In this document: one piece after another, positions 51,801 through 63,540 of the stretch | Numbering within the stretch: the first letter of the stretch is position 1 | Layout: each line of letters begins with the position of its first letter | DNA from: Phoronis australis | Lineage: Eukaryota; Animalia; Phoronida | DNA length: 64,000 nucleotides | Reading direction: 5' to 3' | Assembly (NCBI GenBank): GCA_002633005.1 | Contig: NMRA01000613.1 | Coordinates: 124,001 to 188,000 of the forward strand | The notes under the pieces: model-generated | The model's input: only the letters and a program-made list of their open reading frames with translations | What the model was told of the DNA's origin: nothing | Database searches by the model: none | Program-made: the position numbers and the translations under genes

Positions 51801-54800
51801 ATATGCATTGTTTGTCCATTTGTTTCGGTCAAATAGCATGGTGCCATGAAAGGCAAACATAATAGGTCTAGAATACCAAGGTTGTAGAGTTTTGTGTTAC
51901 AAGCTCTAATATGAGGTGCATTATGCAGTATTCTCCATTCTTGCACTGCCTGCTCTGTACTCCAAAAATATGGAAAACAGAGTGAAAAAAGTGTCTGGTC
52001 AGTTTTAGAAGTGTAATTTCTTAGAATGTACAGACTGTTCAGTCCAGATAACATTTTGTTGGCAAGGAGAATGTCTGGAAACGCTGATCCAAGTGAAATT
52101 TCAAAGTGCAGATGTGCAGTAAAATCTAACTCATTTAGTACACAGTATGTGTGAAATTTTATTTTATAATTTGATTTCATGGAATATATTTGGCACTAAG
52201 TTAAGTGATTTTCAATGACTACTTATGCAACAAAAATGTTAAAAAATTCGTGGGCATCCACAACAACATTGTTCGAAGCCTTTGAACAATGAAAAAAGTG
52301 CTTTTTTGGATATTTTATTGCTGTTCTTCACTGTCTTTGATAGATTTGCATTTTGAGGACAAGACAAGTTTACAAAAATGACTTTTATGAGTATAGTTGA
52401 ACAGATGTAGTCCTTAATCATAAAGGTAATATGATTATGTCAAGCACATTCTACCATATAGATTCATGGTGGGAATACAACTGAGTACACCATCTAAGAG
52501 ATGTGCAAATTTGGAAATTAAGATACTGATTGTCTCAGGGAACATGGGCGTGAACCTGAACGAATGTGGTAATCAACTTCTGTTGACATCTGTCTGACTT
52601 TATAGGATTTTGGCATATCGGGCTTCAGGTGTGCCACTGTGTATTCCATGAATGAGAAGGTGCATCAGTTCTTTCACAACACAGCTGTCTTCGGCTGTGT
52701 TCCCTACATTGTGCAGGACATGATGGAGAAGCTGATACGAGATAAAGGTAAGGGGTCAAGTGGTCACGGGGACAGTGACTGTTGTCGGTAGGGGATATGA
52801 AGATGGGAATAACTGCAATGGTGTCTGTCGTTTACACCAAAATTGTTCAGACAAAATGACATGAAATATTAGCTGTCATGACCGTTGACTGTAGGGGTCC
52901 CGTTGTATAAAAGAGGTTATGGTCACTAACTGTCATGACTGGTCAGTAACCATCATAGCTGGTCAGTAACCATCATAGCTGGTCAGTAACCATCATAGCT
53001 GGTCATTAACTATCATGACTTGACTAGTAACTCATGACTGTTATTATCTGTCATGACTGACTAGTAATCATCATGACTGGTCATTCATTAACTGGTTATG
53101 ACTGGTCATTAACTGTCATGACTGGTTTGTAACCATCAGGGCTCTTCAGTATCTGTTTCCACTGTTTATTAACTGTCAAGACTGCTCAGTAACCGTCATG
53201 ACCAGTCATTAAACATCATGACTGGTCAATAACCGTTATGACTGGTCACTAACTGGCATCACTGGTCATTGAGTGTCTTGGTGGGCAAACATAATTTTAT
53301 CTGATTAGTTTTAGTGTGTGTTGTAAGTAAAATTAACGGGATTCCAGAGACGCTGTCACACCTTTTGTGGGAATGTCGCATTGTACAAGATTTCTGGAAG
53401 GAATTCGGACAGCTAATGCAAAAATGTCGCATTCAGCTTCCCAACAGTCTCTCTTGCGATCGAGTTATTCTTGGACTTTACGAGACGCATGATTTTCTTT
53501 TTAGCATTTTGCTTCTAATCGCCAAACACTACATTTACAAGGAGAGATGTCACAAAAATATACCTAATTTTCACAGGTTTATTACATATACTTATGAGTA
53601 CTATAATGCTGAAAAGTTAATTGCATACAAAAACTTTGTATATGACAGCTTCTCTGCGAAATGGCTAAATTTCGTTGTTCACGTTAACTACATGTAAAAG
53701 TTATTTACTTTAAACGAGATACGAGAATGGTCTTTCCTGAGGTGTGTATGCGTGAATGAATGGATGTATTTATTTGTTTATTTGTTTTTTTGTACTGTTT
53801 TATAAATGATACTAAATTCTTTAAAAAAATAACATGATAGTACATGAAATTTCTTTGTCCTGATTTTTCACTTATTTTTTAATACAAAAAAGTAAATGAT
53901 CCTGCGGTGCAATGGGATAATTAAATGTACTACCATAAAGAACACGCAACATAAGACCTACGCTGATGTACTACCATAAAGAACACGCAACATAAGACCT
54001 ACGCTGATGTACTACCATAAAGAATACGCAACATAAGACCTACGCTGATGTACTACCATTAAGAACACGCAACATAAGACCTACCAGTACGCTGGTGTTC
54101 ACAACCTTGCCTAAAGCATTCTGTTTGTTTTGAAAGACATGATCAGTCTTGAAGTATAGTAGTTTGAGGCAGTTTCTATTTAAATGGTATAATTGGCAAC
54201 ACTGAAGCGTTGATAAAATGCACAAAGTTGAACAGAATTACACAAATTTGTCTCAAATTACACTTCAACAATTGTTTGAGTCTTTTTTAAGACATACTTT
54301 GATTTTCTTACACGAGTCTGTTTTTTTCTTAATTTGATTTCGCAAAAATCTGCAAGGTCAACGGCTATTAACTTTCCCTTCTCTTAAACCACATGACTTT
54401 CAAGTAGTTACCAGAAGGTATGCTCATAGCAGCTTCTGTCCGCATCCAAATCTGCTGAAATCTCCTAGTAGTGAGTGATGGTAGTACCCCACAATTATTT
54501 GTCAAAACATTGCGCCGATTGCATGCTCTTATTGTAGAGGTGTTTTTTGTTATGCAAAAATTCATTTTAAACACATGCCCTAGATTTATGGCGATTTATT
54601 TAATGTTGTGTTTGGGTGCTTCAATATGCTTGCTTTCCGTCTTATTGAGGCGTTTGTGAAAGCGACTGTCTTAAATAGTCGTTTTCAAAGTGAAAGTCAT
54701 TTTCACATTTCAACAGGCAGTAATTAGCAGAGCTCAACCACCTGCGAGTAGTGACTCAGGAAAGTTGATAAAGTTTCTTGTTATTTATATTCAGTGATTC

Positions 54801-57800
54801 TCCCCATATATAGCACTTTCCCTGATTTTGCACAGTCATTCAAAATGAATTGAAAAAATAACATTTTGTGCCCCACTTATTTTACTGAGGCAACTTGGTG
54901 GGGATTTCTTGCGTCATGTAAGTCACACTCAGTCAGTTTTACACTTCGAAAAATATCAACGTAAAGCCAGCCATTAATTGTAAGTAATACATGTACCCCT
55001 AGGGGCCTCATTCCCTCGATATTTGGCTTCATTTCCGTCTGAAAAAATTCAAAAATTACGCAAAATTACCCTCACGATGCCCCAAAATTCCCCTAAAATG
55101 ATTGAAAAATTCCCCTCGAAGTGAGAATCACTTGAAAATCGCACAGGTGACAATTTGAAAGAGCACAAAATGCTAGTTTTGGATACTTGAGGCAGAGCCT
55201 ATGAGTGTTTGCAACAGATTGGTGGGGTTGCTATTGATGGTGATTGGGAGATAGAATTCTTCCCTTACCCTGAATTTTTCCCCTCTCAGAAGGCACAGGC
55301 ACCTTTGCCCTTGGTTGAATGAGGGCATTGACACCCGTCGAGAACGAAGTCTGTATATTGGTGTTCAATTAGTTTGCCTGGCACATCGTGACCTATCAAG
55401 AAAATATAATAAATTAAATTTATTATGTGTGAATTAAGCATATTTTTTTTTAGTGAAAATGTGTTGTTTTTGTTTCAATTTCAACATTTTCACCTGTCCA
55501 GGGACCGAAATAAGGTAAAGGTAACAGTTTTCTTTTTCGTCTCATTTTCAGCTTGGTTAGACAATATCTATTTTCCAACTCTTCACGAGAGAATGAGGGA
55601 AAATTACGCCATCTTTGCTGACTGTTTCAAGAAGCTCAGTATCCCAATTTACGAAGGCTGTGGACGGGCCACCTGCTTTATATGGGTCAACTTTTCAAAG
55701 GTAAATGTTGAATGGCAAGTAGAGGTAACTACAAGCGTACAGTAATTGTCCACGGGATTTATACAAAAATAATTGCCAAAATTGTCTTTTTTCTATTTTT
55801 CAAGGATTACATGTCCCTTAATTCAGATAATGAAAAATTAGCAAGAAGTCATGACATTTAAGAGTACAAACCAGCCCAGTGATTTACTAAATTTTTCATA
55901 ATGTTTATTTTTGGGGAAAATTTTGATAAACTAGAATTAGTGACGAATTGCCAAATTTTACCCTAATGTCTATAGTCCCAACAGAACAGCTGGAAATCGC
56001 AAAATTTGTCGTTTCCTCCTGCGTTTGTGGTGTGCATATTAGGTGGAAGGCAACAGTTTTGTTGTATGCAGATTATGAATTGAATGTCTCAAATCTTTAT
56101 CTTTAATGTAATATCCATTTTGAGAAACTGCTGAACGACGGGATGTCGAAAGCATCATAAATCATAAAATGAAAAATATATATGCTATTGCGACGCATAG
56201 TCAAACCTTGAAGAGATGTCTTTCAAACAAAACATGATTTCAATACAATTTCTAATATTTTTACCAAATTATAGGGTCAACTCAATGGGCAATTCACAAT
56301 AAAATAAATTAGAATATTCCTTGTACTTATAGCTGAAAAAAATGAAAATTGTACAAAGTTGTTTCATGTAGCAACGTAAGTTAAATCTTCCCTGATAACA
56401 ACATAATTATGCAGTTGAACATGCTTTTCAGTTCTGCAAAAGTCGCCATGTTATTCGTACCGCCGGAGAGTAAGTCCAACATCTGCGTGACCAAATTCTG
56501 GTGAAAACTGTTGAATGACACAAAATAGTAGATAAAGATATACCTCACTAAATTTCACTGTAAAATATTAGTAAAAATAATTTATAAACAGTTTTAAATT
56601 CGTAACTTATGCTGCTATCGTCCAAGATAGCCGACCCGATCCAAACAATGTATCTCAAATTTCTCCACAAAAATTGCATGAACATTGTACTGCCTCACCC
56701 GATTTTGATAATTTTTTTCTTTTTTGTGTGGGATGCATTATCTTGATGATGATGTTGACGAATTTCATCAGAACAAAAAAAATGGTTCGACCACCTTATT
56801 TGTACTTCCTGGTGAACTTGACAGTCTTGCCTTTGGCGTCGGGGAAACTTTACACACTCAAGCACCCTAGCCCGTGGTGTATTGTCGCGACCTCCCAGTA
56901 CACAGTGGTCTGTCATTCTTCCAAATGCCAACGGCAGTTAAATTAAAACTGTGATGTTGAAATTTGCATGAAAACACTAGAACTGAAAGCGCTCCGAGGA
57001 GCGAAACTTGGCGAAATTAACCAAAAAAGCACGTTAGCGATGACCAGAAAAGACGATTGCAGAGATGATGACGAAGCTGACAGCTATGACGACGATGGTG
57101 GCGATGATCGACAATGCAAGTTATGATATCATTCATATGACGAACGTAGAGGTCATAAATCACTGAGAAATAGGCTACGGTCTTGAGTGACACTTGCCGA
57201 AATTAACTGAAGAAAAGACGACCTCGGAGATGATGACGAAGATGACGAATATGATGATGGTGGTGGCGATGATGAACAACATCATAACATTTATATGACG
57301 AACTTAGATGTCATAAATCAATAAGAAATAGGCTGCAGTCTAGTTCAATAGAAGCTAAACCAACATCAATGCAGCAAGAGCGCTCAACAAAGGAACGGCG
57401 TTATCAGAAAATCTCAAATAACTCAAAAAGTAGATGTCCTAGCGAAAAATGGAGAACATCTTCTGAAAGCCCGTTCAGAACCCTATCTAAATTCATTTGA
57501 TAGTATCACACAATTCCGTACATTTAAAAAAATTGAAATTTTGCGTTTTTTTAAGAAATTCAAAGTCAAATAACTCGAAAACGGTAAGTCTGAGAAAAAA
57601 ATTGTTACAGTTCATTTCAAAGAGTATACCTCAGAGAATCCACATGCAAAACTTCACGTCATTTCCTCTTCCCGTTAAAATGGCACCCCAGCACGACTGA
57701 AAAAAGTTCAACATGTGCCGGATCCGCCATCTTGAGAGCAACTTCCGGTTTTTTGGATTTGTATTTTAGCATGTCATAAGAAAATTATATCTGCAAAAAT

Positions 57801-60800
57801 TCAAAGGTATTGGCCCTATAATGCACCTTCTACAGGAGAAAACGAGGGCCAAATCTTACCACCACCTCAAGACTTCAATGGTCAGGGGAACAACCAAAAT
57901 TTGTGACGATGGGAGGGGCTCAGCACTCAAGGGGCCTACCCAATGGTTTTTACCTGTTTAGCACTCCTCCCATGTACCCCCCCTGGAAGGGGTCAATGCC
58001 CATTTGGTGCCCATCTGGTTTGAACTCCTCCCTCGTACCCCTTTGCTGGCACCTGGGGGCAACTCCCCCCTGAACCCCCAGGAGCAATCACTAAAATTAT
58101 GTAGTTTATAGAGGTATGAAATGTTATTAGGTATGATAATTTGCCTTATTAAGAACTCAAACATGAAGCAAAACCATGATGGCTTTTGAAGGGGCTTCAA
58201 GAGAATGAAAGCTAATACACCATAATATTGATGAAAACTCGCATTTTCATTCTCATTCGATTACCGGTATAAGTTGATGTTAGTTTACATATTTTACCCA
58301 TTTTCAATCACACAGTAATTTTATTGCACGTCGAACATCATTAAAGTGTGAATTTATCACTGTTTACATGGTTCGGACTGCGCCTCTAAATTGGTGTTGC
58401 CTATTCGCCGCTTGGGGCGTTAGTTTTTCGACCGATAACCATTGCAGCGAACAGCAAGATGGAGTAAACTTTCCTATTCTTCGTACACTTCTTGCTAGCT
58501 AGAACTTTTGAACACGTCTGGATATACTTGGTTGACTGGGCAATGTTCGGGACACGTCAATGGATATACTTGGTCAACTCGGCAATGTTCGGGACACGTC
58601 TCACTTGCGTGACGCATTAACCAAAGATTGCTGTAGTTAACAGTTTCCTGTTCCGGAATTTTGTGGGGAAATGGGAGTGTTTTTTTACACGAAATATACA
58701 CGGATTGCGGAATGAAATAAAAATTTATGGTTCATCATGTTAACTTTATAAATAGTCGAGACGTGTCTCAGCAACAATACGATGGGAAATAAGTGTGTCA
58801 GATGTTCCACATTGTTGGTTTACAGATATTGAGGTCACTTTCACAAATGTACAGAATTTAGGCCGCCTTGATACTTATTCTGACCCACTTTCTCCAAAGC
58901 ATTTATCTTTGAGTAGTGGTATACTGTGCTGGTATACTATGGTGGTATACTATGCTTCAGTGCTGCTTTTCGCAGCCATGGTAAAGCAAACACGCAAACA
59001 TTTAATTATTTCCTCAAGTATTTTATGATGTGGTCAAACGATATTTTCTATCCAAATGTCATTTTCAAGAATGTCCATTCCTCATTCCTTTAAGCATAGA
59101 ACTAACTCTAACCCTGGAATTCCAACTTCGATTTCGCGCTGTTGTGCATGTGAGTTGTATTCCTGCAGGGCTAGAGTTGTATGGCTGTAGGTATGCATTT
59201 TATTTAACTCACAACTGTGGCAATGATTGTGGCCCATCTCTTACTAAGTTTTTGATATCACCTGATGATGACCTCAATTTGCACAAAAATAATTGACAAA
59301 ATCAACTTTCTGGACTAAAGATATAAATTTTTATAAAGTTTGCCAACAATTTTTATGGCCTCATGTTTATTTGTGGGTGCATATCTGTCTGGTCATCCGA
59401 TGTCCGTCGATCGGCGTCCGCAGCTGTATCTCACAGGATCTTAATGAGACATGGCAGATGTGTTCTTATTAAGATGACAAAGGTTGTCAACGACTGTTGG
59501 ACAGATCCATCTACCCCTTTGCACCTCTACTGGCAATTGACCTTAACTTTTGGACGGGTCCGACTGTTGTGTCGCCCCGTAGTATTTTGCGTCTGTGGTC
59601 AAGTCTCCTTACCCTTTGAAGGAGCTTTATGAAATTTGAAAAAATGCTGCTATGGAGCCGACGACAAACAGTAACAAGTGTCGAACTGAATCCAAATACC
59701 ATTGTGCCTACTATTGGCAAAATGTCTGCCTCTCTTTCTGCCAAACTGCTCAAAGGATCATTAGGAAAATTGAGGGTTGTAGTCCTGTTGCGAAGACCCA
59801 GGGTGACGTTGATTTTACAGGATTCTACTAGGGGCACTTATGGTTTTTTGCGTCTAGGGCTGTATCTCCTTAACACTTTGAAGGATCTTTGCGAAAATTG
59901 ATAGATGGACTCCTATAAAGATGGCAACAGGTGACTATGAGTTTCAGACCAATCAGACTATATTTGTGCCCTCTAACATCACTTATTTTTATGTTTACCT
60001 CTAAATCTTAGAAGTTCCTTGGCATATTTTTGTGAAATTTGGCAATTCTTGAGCGGGTTTTGACGCATTCTGCTTTTTGCCATGCACTTCATTTTAACTT
60101 TAAGAATATTTACTGTTGGCAACAGAATGGATTCTCATGTTTCAATGTGTTCCTACATTTTCAAATATTTTATCTTTTCAGTATACTCATCCACTTAGTG
60201 CAGAGGGTGAGTTGAGCCTCTTCCGAAGGTTGATGGATGCTGGGGTGTATGTGGTGCCAGGAAGTAAGCTCGGCTGTGAGGAGTATGGCTGGTTCAGGAT
60301 TGTATTCACAAACTACAAAGACCATTGTGAGAAAGGTGGGCGGTTTTTTCAGTGATCAAGAGGTGGTGTTAATTCTACGAAAACTGTTGCCTTTAAATCT
60401 GATCCTGAGAAAATTCAATTTCAAAATTGGTTATTTACAATGCAAAACCATTCAGTCACATTGATCAATTAATTATTGTGTTATATGTAGGAGAAATCAA
60501 GTCGATCCGTTTGGTAGTTTCTTTTAGATTTTTTCTGAATGGCATTATCTTCAACTTCGAACCCAAAACAGTTTTGTATCAATTCAGGCATTGTTTTTTG
60601 TCCATTAAGTTAAAGAGACTTAAAAATATTTGAATTAAGTAATTTTGTCATGAAGTTGGTCTTGCGTTGTTCCTTAGTGGTGATTTCAGGTCTTAGAAAG
60701 AAAATTGCAATTCATTATTACTTGAGACTACGAAGGGTCATTTTATGTGCCACACATTATCTCAAGCAATAGTGCCTGTTTGTTTTTCCATGTCCAAAAA

Positions 60801-61456
60801 ACATTTCTCTTGTTAGTTAAAAATAATTTGGGACCAGTTTCGTTGTGGCAAGCGATTTCAAATAAGAATATTTAATTTCTTTGATGGAACATCGTTTCCA
60901 GCCTTTTTCTGACAATGACTACTGTATTTAAGACTGGTTCATGCCTTGTAACAATTCTAGCTGTTGAAAGAATGGAAAATGTGTTTACTGAGATGGACAA
61001 AGAGCCTGTACCTGAGCAGGGGAGTGCCGTGGCAGCAAATGTTCGCACTGTATGTCTAGATGACCTGGGATTAGGTGAACTTTCAGAAGCATTGGACTTG
61101 CACTTAGGGAGCTGTGCTGCAGCGACTCCTGGTGGGGACTCAGGTTGGTGGTTGGTTTGGCATATTACTGCTAATATCTAACATATGTTCAAGGTTTAAC
61201 ATTGAAAAGCTTCTTTTCATGAGAGTATAATTTGCCTTATTGAAGCATAAGCCATGTTGCTTGGATTTCTTTGTTTCAAATAGGTGGCAGCACTGCCGAC
61301 GACCTTGACCTCGCAGATTTGGTGGGTGTGCTGAAAACACAGATCCGGCAGAGTGACTGGCTTGAAGTGAACACTCCGGAGAAGTTTGAACAGGAAAACC
61401 CTGAAATTGCAGCAATATTCAGGGATGCTCGCCAAGCCAAACAGAAACCTCATTGA
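37640..61456 (+). CDS. ACCS: 1-aminocyclopropane-1-carboxylate synthase-like protein (PLP-dependent aminotransferase class I/II fold), 14 exons, about 530 aa
   Basis: Exons are 37640-37756, 42545-42604 (duplicate 41011-41070), 42994-43058 (duplicate 41460-41524), 43391-43460, 43972-44038, 45090-45187, 47916-47993, 49322-49422, 51124-51259, 52606-52747, 55552-55700, 60182-60335, 60961-61143 and 61284-61456. They sum to 1593 nt, all GT-AG and in phase. Motifs include GIVNLGT, PYPYY, PFQLT, NPNNPL, DEVY, PDPDRTHMIWAFSKDFGISGFR (PLP lysine), FIWVNF and GWFRIVF. Confidence 0.93.
39767..39849. repeat. (CTG)n trinucleotide microsatellite in ACCS intron 1
   Basis: ctgctgttgctgctg... This tract explains the spurious poly-L and poly-S ORFs. 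Confidence 0.95.
40362..43428. repeat. Tandem duplication of about 1.53 kb joined by a single N (41895); probably uncollapsed haplotypes
   Basis: 40362-41894 and 41896-43428 are near-identical apart from scattered SNPs and small indels. The duplication covers ACCS exons 2-3 and part of exon 4. Confidence 0.9.
45212..47563. repeat. Tandem duplication of about 1.17 kb joined by a single N (46394); probably uncollapsed haplotypes
   Basis: 45212-46393 and 46395-47563 are near-identical and entirely intronic. Confidence 0.9.
47564..47654. repeat. Long palindrome (44-bp arms, GGC-GGA-GCC apex); weaker symmetry extends to about 47531-47680
   Basis: aatacattggttttcagagcctaaaatgtgataatgatcctggc gga gccggggtcattatcacattttagggtataaaaaccaacgtatt. 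Confidence 0.85.
47738..47867. mobile_element. Head-to-tail dimer of tiny CATGGGCGG-family MITEs with a near-perfect 5-bp TSD (TCCTA/TCCTG)
   Basis: catgggcagcgcacc..tgcgccacccatg, then tataggcggtgcacc..tgcgcctcccatg. It ends 48 bp upstream of ACCS exon 7. Confidence 0.6.
52873..53270. repeat. Minisatellite of about 20 bp (ctggtcagtaaccatcatga-like)
   Basis: Near-perfect copies at about 52939-53000 and many degenerate copies around them. Confidence 0.85.
53335..53829 (+). mobile_element. 5'-truncated L1/Tx1-type LINE (ORF2 C-terminal zinc-binding region, 3' UTR and short A tail) in ACCS intron 10
   Basis: The open frame to 53697 encodes PETLSHLLWECRIVQDFW..VILG..LLLIAKHYIYKERC..EKLIA..KW, typical of the L1/Tx1 ORF2 C-terminus. 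An A-rich tail sits at about 53823. Confidence 0.85.
53925..54083. repeat. 41-bp tandem repeat, about 4 copies
   Basis: Unit atgtactaccataaagaacacgcaacataagacctacgctg starts at 53925, 53966, 54007 and 54048. Confidence 0.95.
55000..55330. mobile_element. Degenerate MITE with (C/T)A..G.CCTCATTC TIRs
   Basis: Ends are taggggcctcattc and gaatgagggcattg, with flanks acccc/acacc. The internal cagaaggcacaggcac motif recurs reversed at about 288-303. Confidence 0.45.
57007..57341. repeat. Two diverged tandem copies of a GAT-rich unit of about 150-180 bp
   Basis: The pattern cttg(g/c)cgaaattaac..gatgatgacgaag..ggtggcgatgat..atatgacgaac..gtcataaatca..agaaataggct..gtct occurs twice. Confidence 0.75.
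59349..60095 (+). mobile_element. Interspersed non-autonomous element resembling the HINE/DINE-1 architecture (tentative)
   Basis: Begins at a T-run (tttttatggcc), followed by a degenerate gtcc microsatellite and internal subrepeats. Homologous to 16280-17320. Confidence 0.45.
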
Positions 61457-62616
61457 TTCAGTTATTGCTGAATTAGAAACTAAACTAAAGAAATACTTAA
61501 TCAGGTTATGAAATAAACTCAACTTTTGCTCCTTTCCCTCATTCAGAGTGATTTGTTCACCATTCAGTTTTCCAGCCATGTAACCCAGACTATTCAGTTT
61601 AAATGACCCAGTTCTGATTTCCTCATATGATGCAGGCTGATTTGAGTCCTCCTTACATTCTTTTGTTCAATACTTAGGTATTTATGTTTAACCAGGTTTT
61701 GGTCATTGTAAGATGAGTGCGTTTGTGTGTGCCATTAATATAGTCTCTCATGGTGTTACTGAAGAGTAGCAATGTTCAATGATGATTGGTCATTTCTCCA
61801 ATGAAGAAGCATCTGATCATTCTGATTGGTTGGAATTTCCTTGTAACATCAAGGACTTGTTTAGATAGGTGCATTCCACCCAGGCACCTGTCCCCGGTTT
61901 TTCTATGTGATAATAAATCAAGTGAAATAAAAAATGCAAAACGAGAGTACTTAAAACCTGATCAAGGATCACGCCAGACGTTCAGACGTGGGTAGAGTTC
62001 ACTCGAGCTAGTGTTTGTGTAGAAAAGCAGTTTTGGCAAGGTATGCCATGTATTTTCAAGGAAAGTACCAGACGTTCGTTAATTTTTCTTGCTGCCAGAC
62101 AATTATTATGGACTCTACCCAGAGCATTTGCACAGGCGCCCACAGATGGAATTAGTGTCATTACGTTGTACAGTGCTTCTCTTCAATAGCTCTGAGAAAA
62201 AGTGTGTTTGTGTTGTGACAACTACAACAAGCTGCCAGACACTGATCAAAAGAGTAGAGACCGATGTTTTTGAACTTTTGTGCTACTTATGTGTCGATGA
62301 CCACAGAACGATTGACACTTGTAATGATAACTTTTTTGGTTAAAGCGTTTTTAACTTAATAAATAGAAAACTTACTAACTGTCTATTCACTCTCAAACTC
62401 TCACCAGGTCTCTTGGTGGTGATTGTTTGATATTGTTGAGTTTTACCAATGGAGTACATATCACATACGAAACACCAGAAGGGTACCGGGTATTCCACCA
62501 ATTTTTTTTTGATCAGGTTTATCATAGATCTCTAGAAATGTTACACCGAGGATTATCGCTTGCGATTCTTGAAGCCGGCCGTGGGTACGCGGCGCTGCCC
62601 AGCAAACGTACATGTA

Positions 62617-62847
62617 CATGCGCGCACTCAGCCATCAATATTGGGGAGCTCGAATTCCCGTCTTCGTGGGCCTTTAGTTAACAAAATAGCCAACGGACTA
62701 AAAAAAAATAAAAAATAAAAAACAGGTGCACCACTGTGAATTGCGCGTTTGCGCTTGTTTGGTGGGTCTCAATTTCTCGGACTTTTTCTTTCTCGCGGGG
62801 GGACATTTTTGCCCTTCGCCCCCCGAGGCCCCCTGGGTGCGCGCATG
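62617..62847. mobile_element. MITE with CATGCGCGCAC.CAG TIRs and a perfect 5-bp TSD ATGTA
   Basis: atgta|catgcgcgcactcag ... ctgggtgcgcgcatg|atgta. Confidence 0.8.
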
Positions 62848-63389
62848 ATGTATGCAATAAGTTCAAGAGTTTACAATTTCCCTAACTGAAACATACCCAC
62901 ATGATCAAGCAACTGCTGGGCTCAAATAAGATGCATGTATCAAAATCGTCTACCATGAAAACAAATATACTTTTCGGCTCTAGGCCCATGTGAAAAATGT
63001 CACCTTTATACTATCACTAAAGGTGTTCGCAACTCCACCACTTTTCAACCAAATCGCGTAAGGGTCATCATTAGGAGACTCTTCATCACTTCTTGTGAGA
63101 TTATACCACAAGCAAATTACATGTACGAAGAGCTAAGTACATTGATTTTTTTATTCTTTTGCACAACTGACCAGTTTAAAACTTTTTAATTCTAAAAAAA
63201 CACTGAACAGTGCCAAAATTCTAGGAATAACATTGTTATAATGAAACAATTTATGCGTTAATTTGGCTGATTAATTGACTAATTACGTGTAATGTCGGTT
63301 AACTTAAACAAGGAAGTCAGAGCAGAGTTCGGGACATCTACTTGTACAAAATCGATCAAGCTGTACCTCGACGCCACAAGTACCAACCG

Positions 63390-63540
63390 GGTCTTCCACA
63401 CAACCTTACTGAGGGCTTTCCTGGCTCGCTCATCCGTGGTCAGCTCACCATCACCATCAAGTCACGTTCAAGGAAGTTCTTATCTCCTCTTCACTGGAAC
63501 TCTGTGCGCAGTCTCATGAAACAGTCCTCTATAGGAACTA
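63390..63540 (-). pseudogene. Decayed calmodulin-like / EF-hand fragment
   Basis: The minus strand reads *FL*RTVS*DCAQSSSEEEIRTSLNV, then after a frameshift LDGDGELTTDERARKALSKV. This is collinear with calmodulin EFL..[32 protein letters not shown] but carries stops and a frameshift. Confidence 0.4.

Noticed and set aside
37640-61456. Idea of ethylene biosynthesis or plant-to-animal horizontal transfer
   Set aside because: The exon boundaries and motifs follow the vertebrate ACCS pattern, which points to vertical inheritance, and the SAM-recognition residues of plant ACS are altered.
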